From Botryllus schlosseri (Eukaryota), in the NCBI GenBank assembly GCA_051294905.1, contig CM119379.1:23312001-23376000 (forward strand): 64,000 nt of DNA. The letters run 5' to 3'. The notes beneath the pieces were generated by a model. It worked only from the letters and a program-made list of their open reading frames with translations, did not search any database and was not told where the DNA came from. Below, in pieces: positions 26,574 to 35,983 of the stretch. How positions within the stretch are numbered: the first letter of the stretch is position 1; each line of letters opens with the position of its first letter. The translations under genes were made by a program, and so were the position numbers.

Positions 26574-26711
26574 TGTGATTGTGATTAACGTAATGATTAT
26601 GTGTGTGCTCCCGACGCTCCTGTCGCGCGATCGACAGAACGGGCTCGAAGGCGAGAGGACTGGTTGTGCGGTTTTTACTGAAACGTTTTAAATACATTGA
26701 ACTATATTACA
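26574..26711 (+). repeat. 5' LTR (138 bp)
   Basis: TGTGATTGTGATTAAC...AACTATATTACA; identical to 32555-32692 except TGTCGCGCGA versus TGTCACGCGA. Confidence 0.97.
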
Positions 26712-26726
26712 AGCTATCGCGGCACA

Positions 26727-28844
26727 ATGGCGAATATGAAGTTAACTGATATTGTGAGGAGTTATGAAGATTATCCAACATCTGGTGATTTTGCAAAGTG
26801 GGTTGAGAAACTGGAACTGGTCGCCGAGCTGCAAGAACTGACGGACAAACTGCCAACTATTTTCCCATTGCTGTTGGATGGCCCTGCATTTGCAGTGTTC
26901 AAGCAGTTGCCAGAAGGCGACAGGAAGGATTACAAGAAGTCGAAACAAGCTATTTTGAACGCGTTTGGAGTGAATTGCTATGACGCGTATAGCGAATTCC
27001 AGCGAAGAATACTGCTGGATGAAGAACCTGTCGATGTGTACCTTTCCGACCTAAAAAGGCTTGCGCTATTGATTGGGATCAGACTTGGACAACTAGATAA
27101 TTCTAGTTGTCTAATTTCACTAAATTAGAGCGAAATACCAGTAATCTAATTCTAATCTAATTTGTGAAATGTTTCCATGCGCTAATTCTAATTCTAATCT
27201 AATTTGTGAAATGTTGTTATGCTCTAATTCTAATTCTAATCTAATTTGTGAATTGTCCTTATGCTCTAATTTTAATTCTAATCTAATTCATTGTTTTCCT
27301 GAAAATTCCTCTTTGTCCGAGTCATATTGCAGTGACTTGACAAGAATAATCTCGCGCAGGGAAGTCCAATGCAAAGTCGCCATCGCCTTACATACACCGA
27401 TCAGTCATAGTAGTTATTATGGCGACTAATAGCCTGCTAGAGTAGCTTGTATAGTCTGCGAACAACATTCTAGTTTTTAAAACTTTACGTTAGTACAACG
27501 CCGTTCTTACTAACGTGGGCAATGTCCATGACTACCACAAAAGAAGTAAGATTTTATTAAAGTAGTACAAATACAACAAGAAATATCATGATCATAAACG
27601 TCATTTTATTTTGAACGATTGTGAGCTGCGTACGATACCCGACATCGACAACGCTTTCCAACGACTAGTGAATCGATATTGGGGCTAGCCAGACATGTCA
27701 CTATATCTGAAAGACTATCTCATCCTAAAGATTGATCTTGTGGGGACGTCCTATAGGCTACATCGTTTTCGAAGCGTCTCTGTCTTGGCGATGTCTGGGC
27801 CATTGCATGTGGAGGCAATATGCATATTGGTATCACTTAATTGTCTCTCCGTGGAATGCTGTTGCCATCGCCGAAGCCGTTTCAGCTAGTGTCGAATAGT
27901 GTTGTTGGGCACAGGCGAATTGCTTATTTTGAAACAACAACAATAATAATAATTGGAAACTGAAATCAATTTTAGCAATTCAAAATGCTTTATTTAGCGT
28001 ATTTCCAAAATCTCAAATCAGATCGACGACCGCGATTGCGGTGACCCCTGGTATAGTAGAAAGCGAGTCAAGCTTGGTGTACAGAAGTTACCCATTCTCA
28101 TGGTTATGGGAATGCACTGTTGTTTTTGTTGTTGTTGTTTATTAAACAAAAATATGTGGCGCTAATCGCCTGACGGCCTTTTGTACCACGCACTGTGATT
28201 TGATGTGAACTGATGTGGCTGTATTCATTTCCCATTCACAATTTCATTCAATTTCCAAGTTTTCGCGAAAGTCAGTAACTCTAATTCTAATTCTAATTTA
28301 ATTTAGAAAATGCTTTGTAGCTCTAATTCTAATTCTAATCTAATTTAGAAAAGCTGTGTTGCTCTAATTCTAATTCTAATCTAATTTGGGAAAACTGTGT
28401 AGCTCTAATTCTAATTCTAATCTAATTTGGAAAAATCTGTGGAGCTCTAATTCTAATTCTAATCTAGTTCAAAAAAGCTAAAAATTTTCTAGTTGTCCAA
28501 GTCTGATTGGGATGAGAGTGGATGCATCCGAGGCGTTAATTCGGTGCGCGTTTGTAAATGGTCTCCCCCCAGAGGTTTCATGTCAGTTAAAGTCTGTAGC
28601 AGAAGTGGACAAAATGAATTTGAGTGATCTCGTCGCGCGGGCACGAGTAATAATGTCGGTCAGGAGCAGCTTCAATGTATCGTGCGCGGTCGGTTCGCGT
28701 CAGCGGAAGGACAACTGTTTTTTCTGCGGGAAGCCTGGTCACTTTGCTAAAGAATGCCCTATTAAAGAGCCAAGAAATGACGGTAACGAAATGGCCTGGA
28801 GACAACCAAGATGTTTTTCCTGTGGTAAGCTTGGTCATATATAG
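26727..28844 (+). pseudogene. gag: Gypsy gag, split by a MITE and truncated in the second zinc knuckle
   Basis: Removing 27080-28505 plus one TSD fuses ...LALLIG|MRVDASEALIRCAF... in frame. First knuckle CFFCGKPGHFAKEC is intact; the second, CFSCGKLGHI, stops at TAG 28842-28844. Confidence 0.88.
27080..28505. mobile_element. 1426-bp hAT-type non-autonomous element inserted in gag
   Basis: TIR CAGACTTGGACAACTAGA(T/A)AATT (22/23); perfect 8-bp TSD ATTGGGAT (27072-27079, 28506-28513); subterminal arrays of a ~40-bp CTAATTCTAATTCTAATCTAATTT unit. Confidence 0.92.
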
Positions 28845-28951
28845 CTCGCCAATGCAGAGCCGATGAACGTCACAAGATCGCAGCAGGAAAATTACCAAGG
28901 AGAACCGTCAGCACCGGACGCGTTCTCCCGTATTCACAAGTTGGAAAAAAG

Positions 28952-31903
28952 GTGCTACCGTTTGTTGTGGTTTCAATTGGTGGAAAACCTCTCAAGGCTC
29001 TGGTGGACACTGGGTGCCAGCAATCTGTTGTTCTTGAAGACGTGTGTCGTCGTATGGGCCATACCGTTTCGGGTCCGAGAAGGATTGTGGAGATGCTGAA
29101 CGGGGAAAGCACTAGTTGTTACGGAGAGACCATGGTAATGATGGTTGTAGGCGAGACCAACGTCAGGGTGCAATGCTTGGTAGCCTCGGAGCTCGTATGT
29201 GCTGCTGGCGTGATTCTCGGTATTGATGTTATCCAGCAATTAGGCGGAGTATTCGTTGATTCAAATCTTGACGTGTGGTTTGGTGCAAAGGTGTGTGTAG
29301 CAAGTGCGGTGGCCGCGACGAATAAACGGTTACAAATTGACGATAAATATTTCATTGCAAAATTTGATGGAGCGAAGTGGACTATGGAGTGGAGATGGGA
29401 AAATGGCGAGCCTGAGTTGACTAATCAATGTGGGGGATATCAGATGCCGTCGGAGTGTCGTACATCGTTTGATGATGAACTCAGCCAATGGATCAGAGAC
29501 GGGTGGTTGGTGGAGTACGATCCTGCCCGTCACGGTTCCCACGGCGGAATAATCCCGCTGTTGGCGGTCAAGCAACCAAACAAGAAGCAGAAGGTACGGC
29601 CAGTGATGGACTACCGCGAGCTGAATTCCCATGTCATGAGTCACCCCGGACTGGATGCGGCAGTATGCCAAGAAAAATTGAGAAATTGGCGCAAACGAAG
29701 TAATCGTGCATCGATCTTGGATCTCCGGAAGGCATACCTACAGATTCACGTGTCCGAGAGGCTGCAAAAATTCCAAGTAGTGTGGCATCAAGGAAATGTT
29801 TACGTTATGACACGAATGGGGTTCGGTTTGAACATCGGCCCAAAGGTGATGACCAAGATCATTTCTACCGTATTGTCACTGGAAGACGACATAGCAAGGG
29901 GAACCGACCATTACATCGACGACATCTGGGTTGATGAGAATGTTGTAGCGGTTGAGAAAGTGCGCAGGCATTTGGCAAGTTATGGGTTAGCGACGAAGGA
30001 TCCAGTTCCGTTACGTGATGCACGTGTACTTGGATTGCGGGTGAATGAGACCCAGAATGGAGTACTGGAGTGGAGGAGAGATGGTGATCTGCCGAGTTTG
30101 AACGGCCGCATGACGAAGAGAGGGCTATTTTCTGTGTTCGGCAAGCTCACGGGGCATTATCCCGTGGCCGGGTGGTTGAGAACTGCATGCAGTCATGTAA
30201 AACGACTTACTAACGAGATAGCGTGGGATGCGGTAATCCCGAATCCAGTTATGCATTTGGCTGAAGAAATCTTGACGAAGGTACGAGAGAACGATCCAGT
30301 AAGAGGGGACTGGAGAGTATATCGTGATGGAAGAGCGCAAATTTGGTGCGATGCGAGCAATATGGCGGTGGCATGCTGTTTGACCGTAAATGGGAAGGTT
30401 GTCGAAGATGCAGCATGGATGAGGAAAGAGGACGACGTAACGCATATAAATGTCGCGGAGCTCGACGCTGTCGTAAAGGGATTAAGTTTGGTGCTGAGAT
30501 GGGGTTTCACTAATGTAGAAGTTGTGACCGACTCGGTCAGTGTGTTCCATTGGGTCAAGTCAATATTGGAAGATTCGCGTCGACCTAGAGTCAGTGGGCT
30601 AAGTGAAATGATTATTAAAAGAAGATTGGGAATTATCGCGCAGCTCTTTCAGGAATACTGCATGGAGGTCACAATCCGTTGGGTACCATCGTCGGAGAAT
30701 CTCGCAGATGCACTAACGAGAGTCCCGCAACGCTGGCTAAAGAAGGTGTGTCTTGGAGTAAACCGGCGTAATGAGAACGTGATTGAACAGGTACGGGCTC
30801 TTCATAACGTGCATCACCTAGGTGTGAATCGGACGCTTTTCGTGGCCAAAAGAAGCATTGGCGAAGCTGTTACTCGTGATGTTGTTCAACGGGTAATCAA
30901 TGAGTGCAACATCTGTCGCAGAATTGATCCGAGTCCCGTGAGATGGGAACACGGGCAGCTTTCCGTTCCCGTTGTCTGGGAGCGCCTGGCACTTGACATT
31001 ACTTACGTAAACACTCGACCATACCTGAGTTTGATCGACTGCGGGCCTAGTCGATTTGCGATATGGCGGGCGGTGCGAAATGAAACGGCCGATAAAATCA
31101 TCCAGATCCTTGAACAAGTCTTCTCGGAAAGAGGTGCGCCGAGTGAAATTCTGAGTGATAACGGACCTTGTTTTACTAGTCAGAATATGCGCCAGTTTTT
31201 GAACAGTTGGGGGGTGGAACATGTGTTCAGCTGCGCCTACCGGCATTCTGGAAATGGTATTGTGGAGCGGAATCACAGAACTATCAAAAGAATGGCCGCG
31301 AGATCTGGAGGTAGTGTTGAACGAATGGTGTATTGGTACAATCACACTCCGAATTCGGAGGATATTGTACCTGCGGATAAGGTGTTTCGCTATGAATCTG
31401 GTTTGCCATCTTCAATGATCCGCGCAAGCAGAAAGAGATTGGACCGACAAAATAGTTCCAACCCATACCGAGACGGTGATGTAGTGTTCGTGAAGCCACC
31501 AAATGCTCGATGTACTACTCAATGGAATAGAGGTGTCGTTACCAGGGTTGTCGCCGACGTGGTGGTCGAGGTTGACGGGATGAATCGACATCTTTCTGAC
31601 GTTAGACTCGCCGTCGGGGATCTACCTAACCCACCAGGAGGAAGTGTTACGACGCGCGAAATCGACTTGAATTGTAGCAGAGAAGATGATGCCATTGATA
31701 CGGAAAACAGCGGTAACTCGGGTGAAGCTATTGACCCAGTCGGTACGGAAGAGAATATCACCGATGGGAATAACTCAGCTGATCTGGATCAACCTGGTGA
31801 TGACAATGTCGACCATGATATTGAGAGAAATAACTCTGACCATTCGCGACCAAATCGGGATCGAGCGCCGCCACAATGGTTGGCTGACTTTTATGTAGGC
31901 TAG
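28952..31903 (+). CDS. pol: Gypsy pol polyprotein (protease, RT, RNase H, integrase), uninterrupted 983 aa
   Basis: PR LVDTGC; RT LDLRKAYLQ and YIDD; RNase H WCDAS, ELDA, DS, NLADALTR; integrase HHCC (HNVHH...CNIC), LDITY, SDNGPCF, NGIVERNHRTIK; GPY/F-like NPYRDGDVVFVK. The frame is open from 28829. Confidence 0.95.
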   Translation: MLPFVVVSIGGKPLKALVDTGCQQSVVLEDVCRRMGHTVSGPRRIVEMLNGESTSCYGETMVMMVVGETNVRVQCLVASELVCAAGVILGIDVIQQLGGVFVDSNLDVWFGAKVCVASAVAATNKRLQIDDKYFIAKFDGAKWTMEWRWENGEPELTNQCGGYQMPSECRTSFDDELSQWIRDGWLVEYDPARHGSHGGIIPLLAVKQPNKKQKVRPVMDYRELNSHVMSHPGLDAAVCQEKLRNWRKRSNRASILDLRKAYLQIHVSERLQKFQVVWHQGNVYVMTRMGFGLNIGPKVMTKIISTVLSLEDDIARGTDHYIDDIWVDENVVAVEKVRRHLASYGLATKDPVPLRDARVLGLRVNETQNGVLEWRRDGDLPSLNGRMTKRGLFSVFGKLTGHYPVAGWLRTACSHVKRLTNEIAWDAVIPNPVMHLAEEILTKVRENDPVRGDWRVYRDGRAQIWCDASNMAVACCLTVNGKVVEDAAWMRKEDDVTHINVAELDAVVKGLSLVLRWGFTNVEVVTDSVSVFHWVKSILEDSRRPRVSGLSEMIIKRRLGIIAQLFQEYCMEVTIRWVPSSENLADALTRVPQRWLKKVCLGVNRRNENVIEQVRALHNVHHLGVNRTLFVAKRSIGEAVTRDVVQRVINECNICRRIDPSPVRWEHGQLSVPVVWERLALDITYVNTRPYLSLIDCGPSRFAIWRAVRNETADKIIQILEQVFSERGAPSEILSDNGPCFTSQNMRQFLNSWGVEHVFSCAYRHSGNGIVERNHRTIKRMAARSGGSVERMVYWYNHTPNSEDIVPADKVFRYESGLPSSMIRASRKRLDRQNSSNPYRDGDVVFVKPPNARCTTQWNRGVVTRVVADVVVEVDGMNRHLSDVRLAVGDLPNPPGGSVTTREIDLNCSREDDAIDTENSGNSGEAIDPVGTEENITDGNNSADLDQPGDDNVDHDIERNNSDHSRPNRDRAPPQWLADFYVG

Positions 31904-32554
31904 ATGTTGAGTGTATCTGTACTAAGAATAAGTGATTTTTTACATTTTGATTTGTTCGCGCGTAAATGCTTATGCCTTGTGATGATTGCATATACCTTGC
32001 AAGTTTTAGCCTTCAATTACGAATTCTGTATGCTACAAATTCCAGTTATCATCGCTTTCGTCCATCGTTTGAGGCACACCTACACCGCAGTTTTTCGTTT
32101 TTTTGTACGCCAGTATGTTTTAGTTGTGGGATCCACTTTGTGTGCTTCTAATAGCGAACGACTCGTGTTAATTTATTCAGAATTGGCCCATTGGCCTATA
32201 TAGGCTACACTGCGGGGTTACACTCAAAAGCTTTGAATTTGGGCCAGTGATCAATAGATCACGGGGGTAGGAAGACCATATGACTCCCCGTCCCCGTCAA
32301 TAGATCACAGGCATATATCGAATTTTAACTTTCAATTTGATGTATCGATATGTGTACACTGCGTATTAGTTTGTTTTTGTGTCCACATTTATCACGTTGA
32401 CTTGGCTTCCCGTGCGATCTTCAGACCAAGGGGAAGTTTGCCGTTTCATGTAGGCTATACACTGTTTTAGAATTGTTCACCTGATTTTCACGTTTGAAGT
32501 TACATCGTTGCGTTATGTGTTGGTTTCCCATGTGATCTTTAGATCAAGGGGAAG

Positions 32555-32692
32555 TGTGATTGTGATTAACGTAATGATTATGTGTGTGCTCCCGACGCTC
32601 CTGTCACGCGATCGACAGAACGGGCTCGAAGGCGAGAGGACTGGTTGTGCGGTTTTTACTGAAACGTTTTAAATACATTGAACTATATTACA
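32555..32692 (+). repeat. 3' LTR (138 bp)
   Basis: Direct repeat of 26574-26711, preceded by the PPT and followed by TSD CCTAC. Confidence 0.97.
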
Positions 32693-33726
32693 CCTACTGC
32701 ACGTTTTGTGATTTCGTTTGATAATATTGACTGAAATAAAACGTTTTTATGACTCACTCGAGTCTACAACTATATCTATTTACGACGAGGCCAAAATGCC
32801 AAAAATAAACTCTGAAAAATGCCGAAAATAAACATGCTTGCCTATAAACAGTCAATAGTAGAATTGTTATCTGCATATTACATACATTGTCACAATACTC
32901 AATGCGATTCACATATGGAGGATATTGTGACGACCATATGTCATCTATTAATCTAACATATCTAGTCCCGCTCTACTGATTTATAATATTATTCATGGCC
33001 GAAATAATTGAGCCATCTTATTCTTCGTCATTGCATGACTGCACTTTCTTTTGTTTGTTTTATTCACACACAACCGTGGATCTCATCGCCTCTATATTAC
33101 GTCATTTGCGTCATGACAGTATCACTTCAGCAATCGTCAGTGTCTTTAGGTCAGTGCATGGTTCTCAAACTTTTGTAGACACGCCCCCCTTTATGATAGT
33201 GAAAGATTTCGCACGCCACTTACCGATATATAACAAAATGCAACCAGAATACTAGCAATCCCAACGGATAGTTTGGTGGCATAAGAGATGACTGTTGATG
33301 AGAGAATATGAAATCCGGACTACACACAGAGCAATAACTATAGGAATTGGGGGTAAATCACGCTGATCGCGAAACATTTTTCAGTTGACGGCTGCTTCGC
33401 GACCCTTCAGATGCATTCACGCCCTCAGGTTGAGAATCCATGCTTTCAAAGGTCTTTGAGATATTTCGGACGACTTCCATGTCGCGCTCTTTCACAATCG
33501 GTCTCTCGTTTTTCATGCTCCCGTAACTTATCTACCGACTTTTGACTCGGCTCACCTTCACTCTGTGCTTTGAAACACTGCTATGGCAGTGCATGAGGTC
33601 GGCGATGAGGCGTCCACAGATAATTACGCAATTTTGTCCGTCAGTTCCTTTCAAGTCTTTCATCAGTGTTATTGGCACGATCCTTTTATGATGTCGGTCA
33701 TGTTTGTCACCACGTGATTGGCAAAA

Positions 33727-35983
33727 TTATTCGCTTTCATTCTTATACGTGCACATGTACACGGAAAATAATATAATTCCAAAGAAACTTAAATTCGAAC
33801 CAATGACACGAACATCATCCGAAGTATTCCAGCCTAAGTAATATATAAAAAGCATCCCGACTCCTAGAAGTAAAATGAAAAGAAAAAATATCATAGCTGC
33901 GAAGTGTTCCCACGTATCATTAACGACCAGACGAAACAGCGTCCATTTGGGTATCCGAAGACTTCCCGCGAGAGATGTGACACTGTCAACGAGAGCTCCT
34001 GAAACATACACATCACGATAAGCGCTACGAAATCATCACATCTATATAGGCCTATAATACAATTTATTTCATAGGAGATTTTGTCTTCGCCTACTCAGCA
34101 AATGTATGCTTGCGTACCTGCCTCAATCGCTGTACCTTTGATGTCTCCAAATCTAATAATTGGTTTGGTGTGCCACATAAGTTATATGATTGGGTGAAGG
34201 CCCCGGCCCCATCATCATCATCATCGGTTTATTAGCAATTTTATCAGTCCCATAATCCATACACCACAAAAATGCGATACAGTGAAAAGATAGGAAGGTA
34301 TCCAAGCGACATGTAGTCTATGGAATCAGACACCCACCTTGGCCTAGGCCAGTGGTTCTCAACCGGGGGTCCGCGGACCCCTGTGGGTCCGTGAAGCATT
34401 TTCAGGGGATCCGCGAAGCCTCAAAATAATTGATAACCAAATTTGAATTTTTTTAATTAGAAAAATCACGAGGCGCAGTTTCGCTTCATTACTAGTAAAA
34501 CTCCAGAGCTAACATCAACAGAATGCCGATCTGAGGTGAAATATCCTGCTGTGCAGACTCATTTTAATTGGTAAATTGCCAATAGCCCACTGATACAAAC
34601 ATTTTGCTGTTTGGGGATGTTTTGTTCGGGATTGTGGAAAAAAAGTTGGATGAGTAACGTCAATTACGCGGTGACTTCGAAATGTTTATAAAATCCATTT
34701 TCTCCTGGAATATACTAAACGATCTTTCCATCATGACTTCACGATAAGCTGCGATGTGGAAACGACCAGACTTGACGGTATATGTTCATTAAAAATTATA
34801 TCTTTTTGGTCCCATATTTGTTGCGATCATACCCAAATGTGTCTTCGGAAGCGTTACACGTTATTGCCACATTTGCCACCTATTATATTTGTGGTAATGG
34901 ATTTTCGGCACTCATTCATATCAAATCGAAGGCGCGTATTTTCAAGATACGACCACGTATTTCAAGAATTGCGGTTGCAGAATTAGCTTTGAAACTGGAA
35001 CTAAACCCAATTTCTACATGAATAGTATGATCTTATTTTCAAGAACGGTCATTTTGTTGCTGTTTAACACTAAGCCTACAGTGATCATTTGCACAAGACA
35101 GGAGACGGTTGCACGTGAGCTAAATCTGAACTTAAACTTCGTGGCGGTCCGCGGGGGTCCGTGACGATCCGAAACGGGTCCGCGAAGACAAAAAGGTTGA
35201 GAACCACTGGCCTAGGCGATGTAAAGAGGAGGCATGCATACTGAATGGAAAGTAAAAGAAGATGGTATTGAAAAAAAGCCAGCGACAAAATTGAGGTGGC
35301 ATGTCATGGAAGGCGAGATCGATAGGTCAGGTCGTGGTCCGCTAATCTTGAGGATGGACTAGTATTTATTTAGTAGTAATTGCTTGTATTTCGACTTGAA
35401 TGTGGACATGCTCGTCGACTGACGGATGGCCGGCGGGCGGGATATACTGTTCCACACGTCAGGTCCGACATATTTGATAGAGCAATGATCTTTTCGGTCG
35501 ATCATATTATGATGAACGGTATATGGACGGTGATGAAAAAATAGTAAACTTTGACATCAGTATCAGTTTATTAATAATTTCAACATTAATCAAAACACGG
35601 CAAGACTGCGGTACAAAAAAAGATAGGACGGTGTCTTTGGAATCAGACACCGACGTCCAACATAGGCCTTGCACCTGCACGCATTAGGCTACATCACCAA
35701 TAAAACAAAATTGAAAACTATTTTGAATGCAGCATATAATTATCCAATGGAATAATATTATCAAACATATATTCTCTGATATAAGCATGTCCTACATAGG
35801 GGAAAGTCGGAAAATACACTTCTCAAAAATTCCAAATTTAATCGCTCAAAACTCACGGTGAGTGCGAGCAGGGATTGTACCATCTTCATGATTGCCTGTC
35901 TCGTTTTGTTTGGTGCCAATTATTTCCCCAGCATGTCGAACCGGTTTGTTGTTTGCACCTGCCCCTGCAGACATCTTCTTCAT
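33727..35983 (-). CDS. Predicted two-TM hairpin membrane protein, ~132 aa (cluster member 2)
   Basis: Exon 1 35857-35983 (MKKMSAGAGANNKP...PARTH, phase-1 donor GTGAGT) joins in frame to exon 2 33727-33998 (acceptor ATGTTTCAG). Exon 2 encodes FAAMIFFLFILLLGVGMLFIYYLG and VIGSNLSFFGIILFSVYMC. Confidence 0.55.
34213..35520 (-). mobile_element. 5'-truncated L2/CR1-group LINE 3' end, interrupted by a hAT element
   Basis: Minus strand reads HCSIKYVGPDVWNSI...TFKSKYKQLLLNKY*, a typical ORF2 C-terminus, then a 3' UTR shared with 41040-41465 and a (ATG)n-like tail. Confidence 0.8.
34350..35209 (+). mobile_element. Buster/Charlie-family hAT deletion derivative
   Basis: TIR CAGTGGTTCTCAACC; perfect TSD GCCTAGGC (34342-34349, 35210-35217). 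The internal remnant YPNVSSEALHVIATFATYYICGNGFSALIHIKSKAR resembles the Buster transposase C-terminus (FATTYLCExGFS motif). Confidence 0.9.

Larger units (their letters stand above)
26574..32692 (+). mobile_element. Full-length Ty3/Gypsy LTR retrotransposon
   Basis: Two 138-bp LTRs (TG...CA) differing at 1 position; 5-bp TSD CCTAC (26569-26573, 32693-32697); PPT AAGGGGAAG abutting the 3' LTR; domain order gag-PR-RT-RNaseH-INT. Confidence 0.97.

Noticed and set aside
27145-28470. Regular short repeats with variable spacers, superficially CRISPR-like
   Set aside because: Eukaryotic context, tandem ~40-bp units with related spacers, enclosed by TIRs and a TSD, and no cas genes; these are MITE subterminal repeats.
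33157-33442. Degenerate CATGG(A)TTCTCAA-ended element
   Set aside because: Ends resemble Buster TIRs but the flanks show no TSD, so it was not listed as a supported feature.
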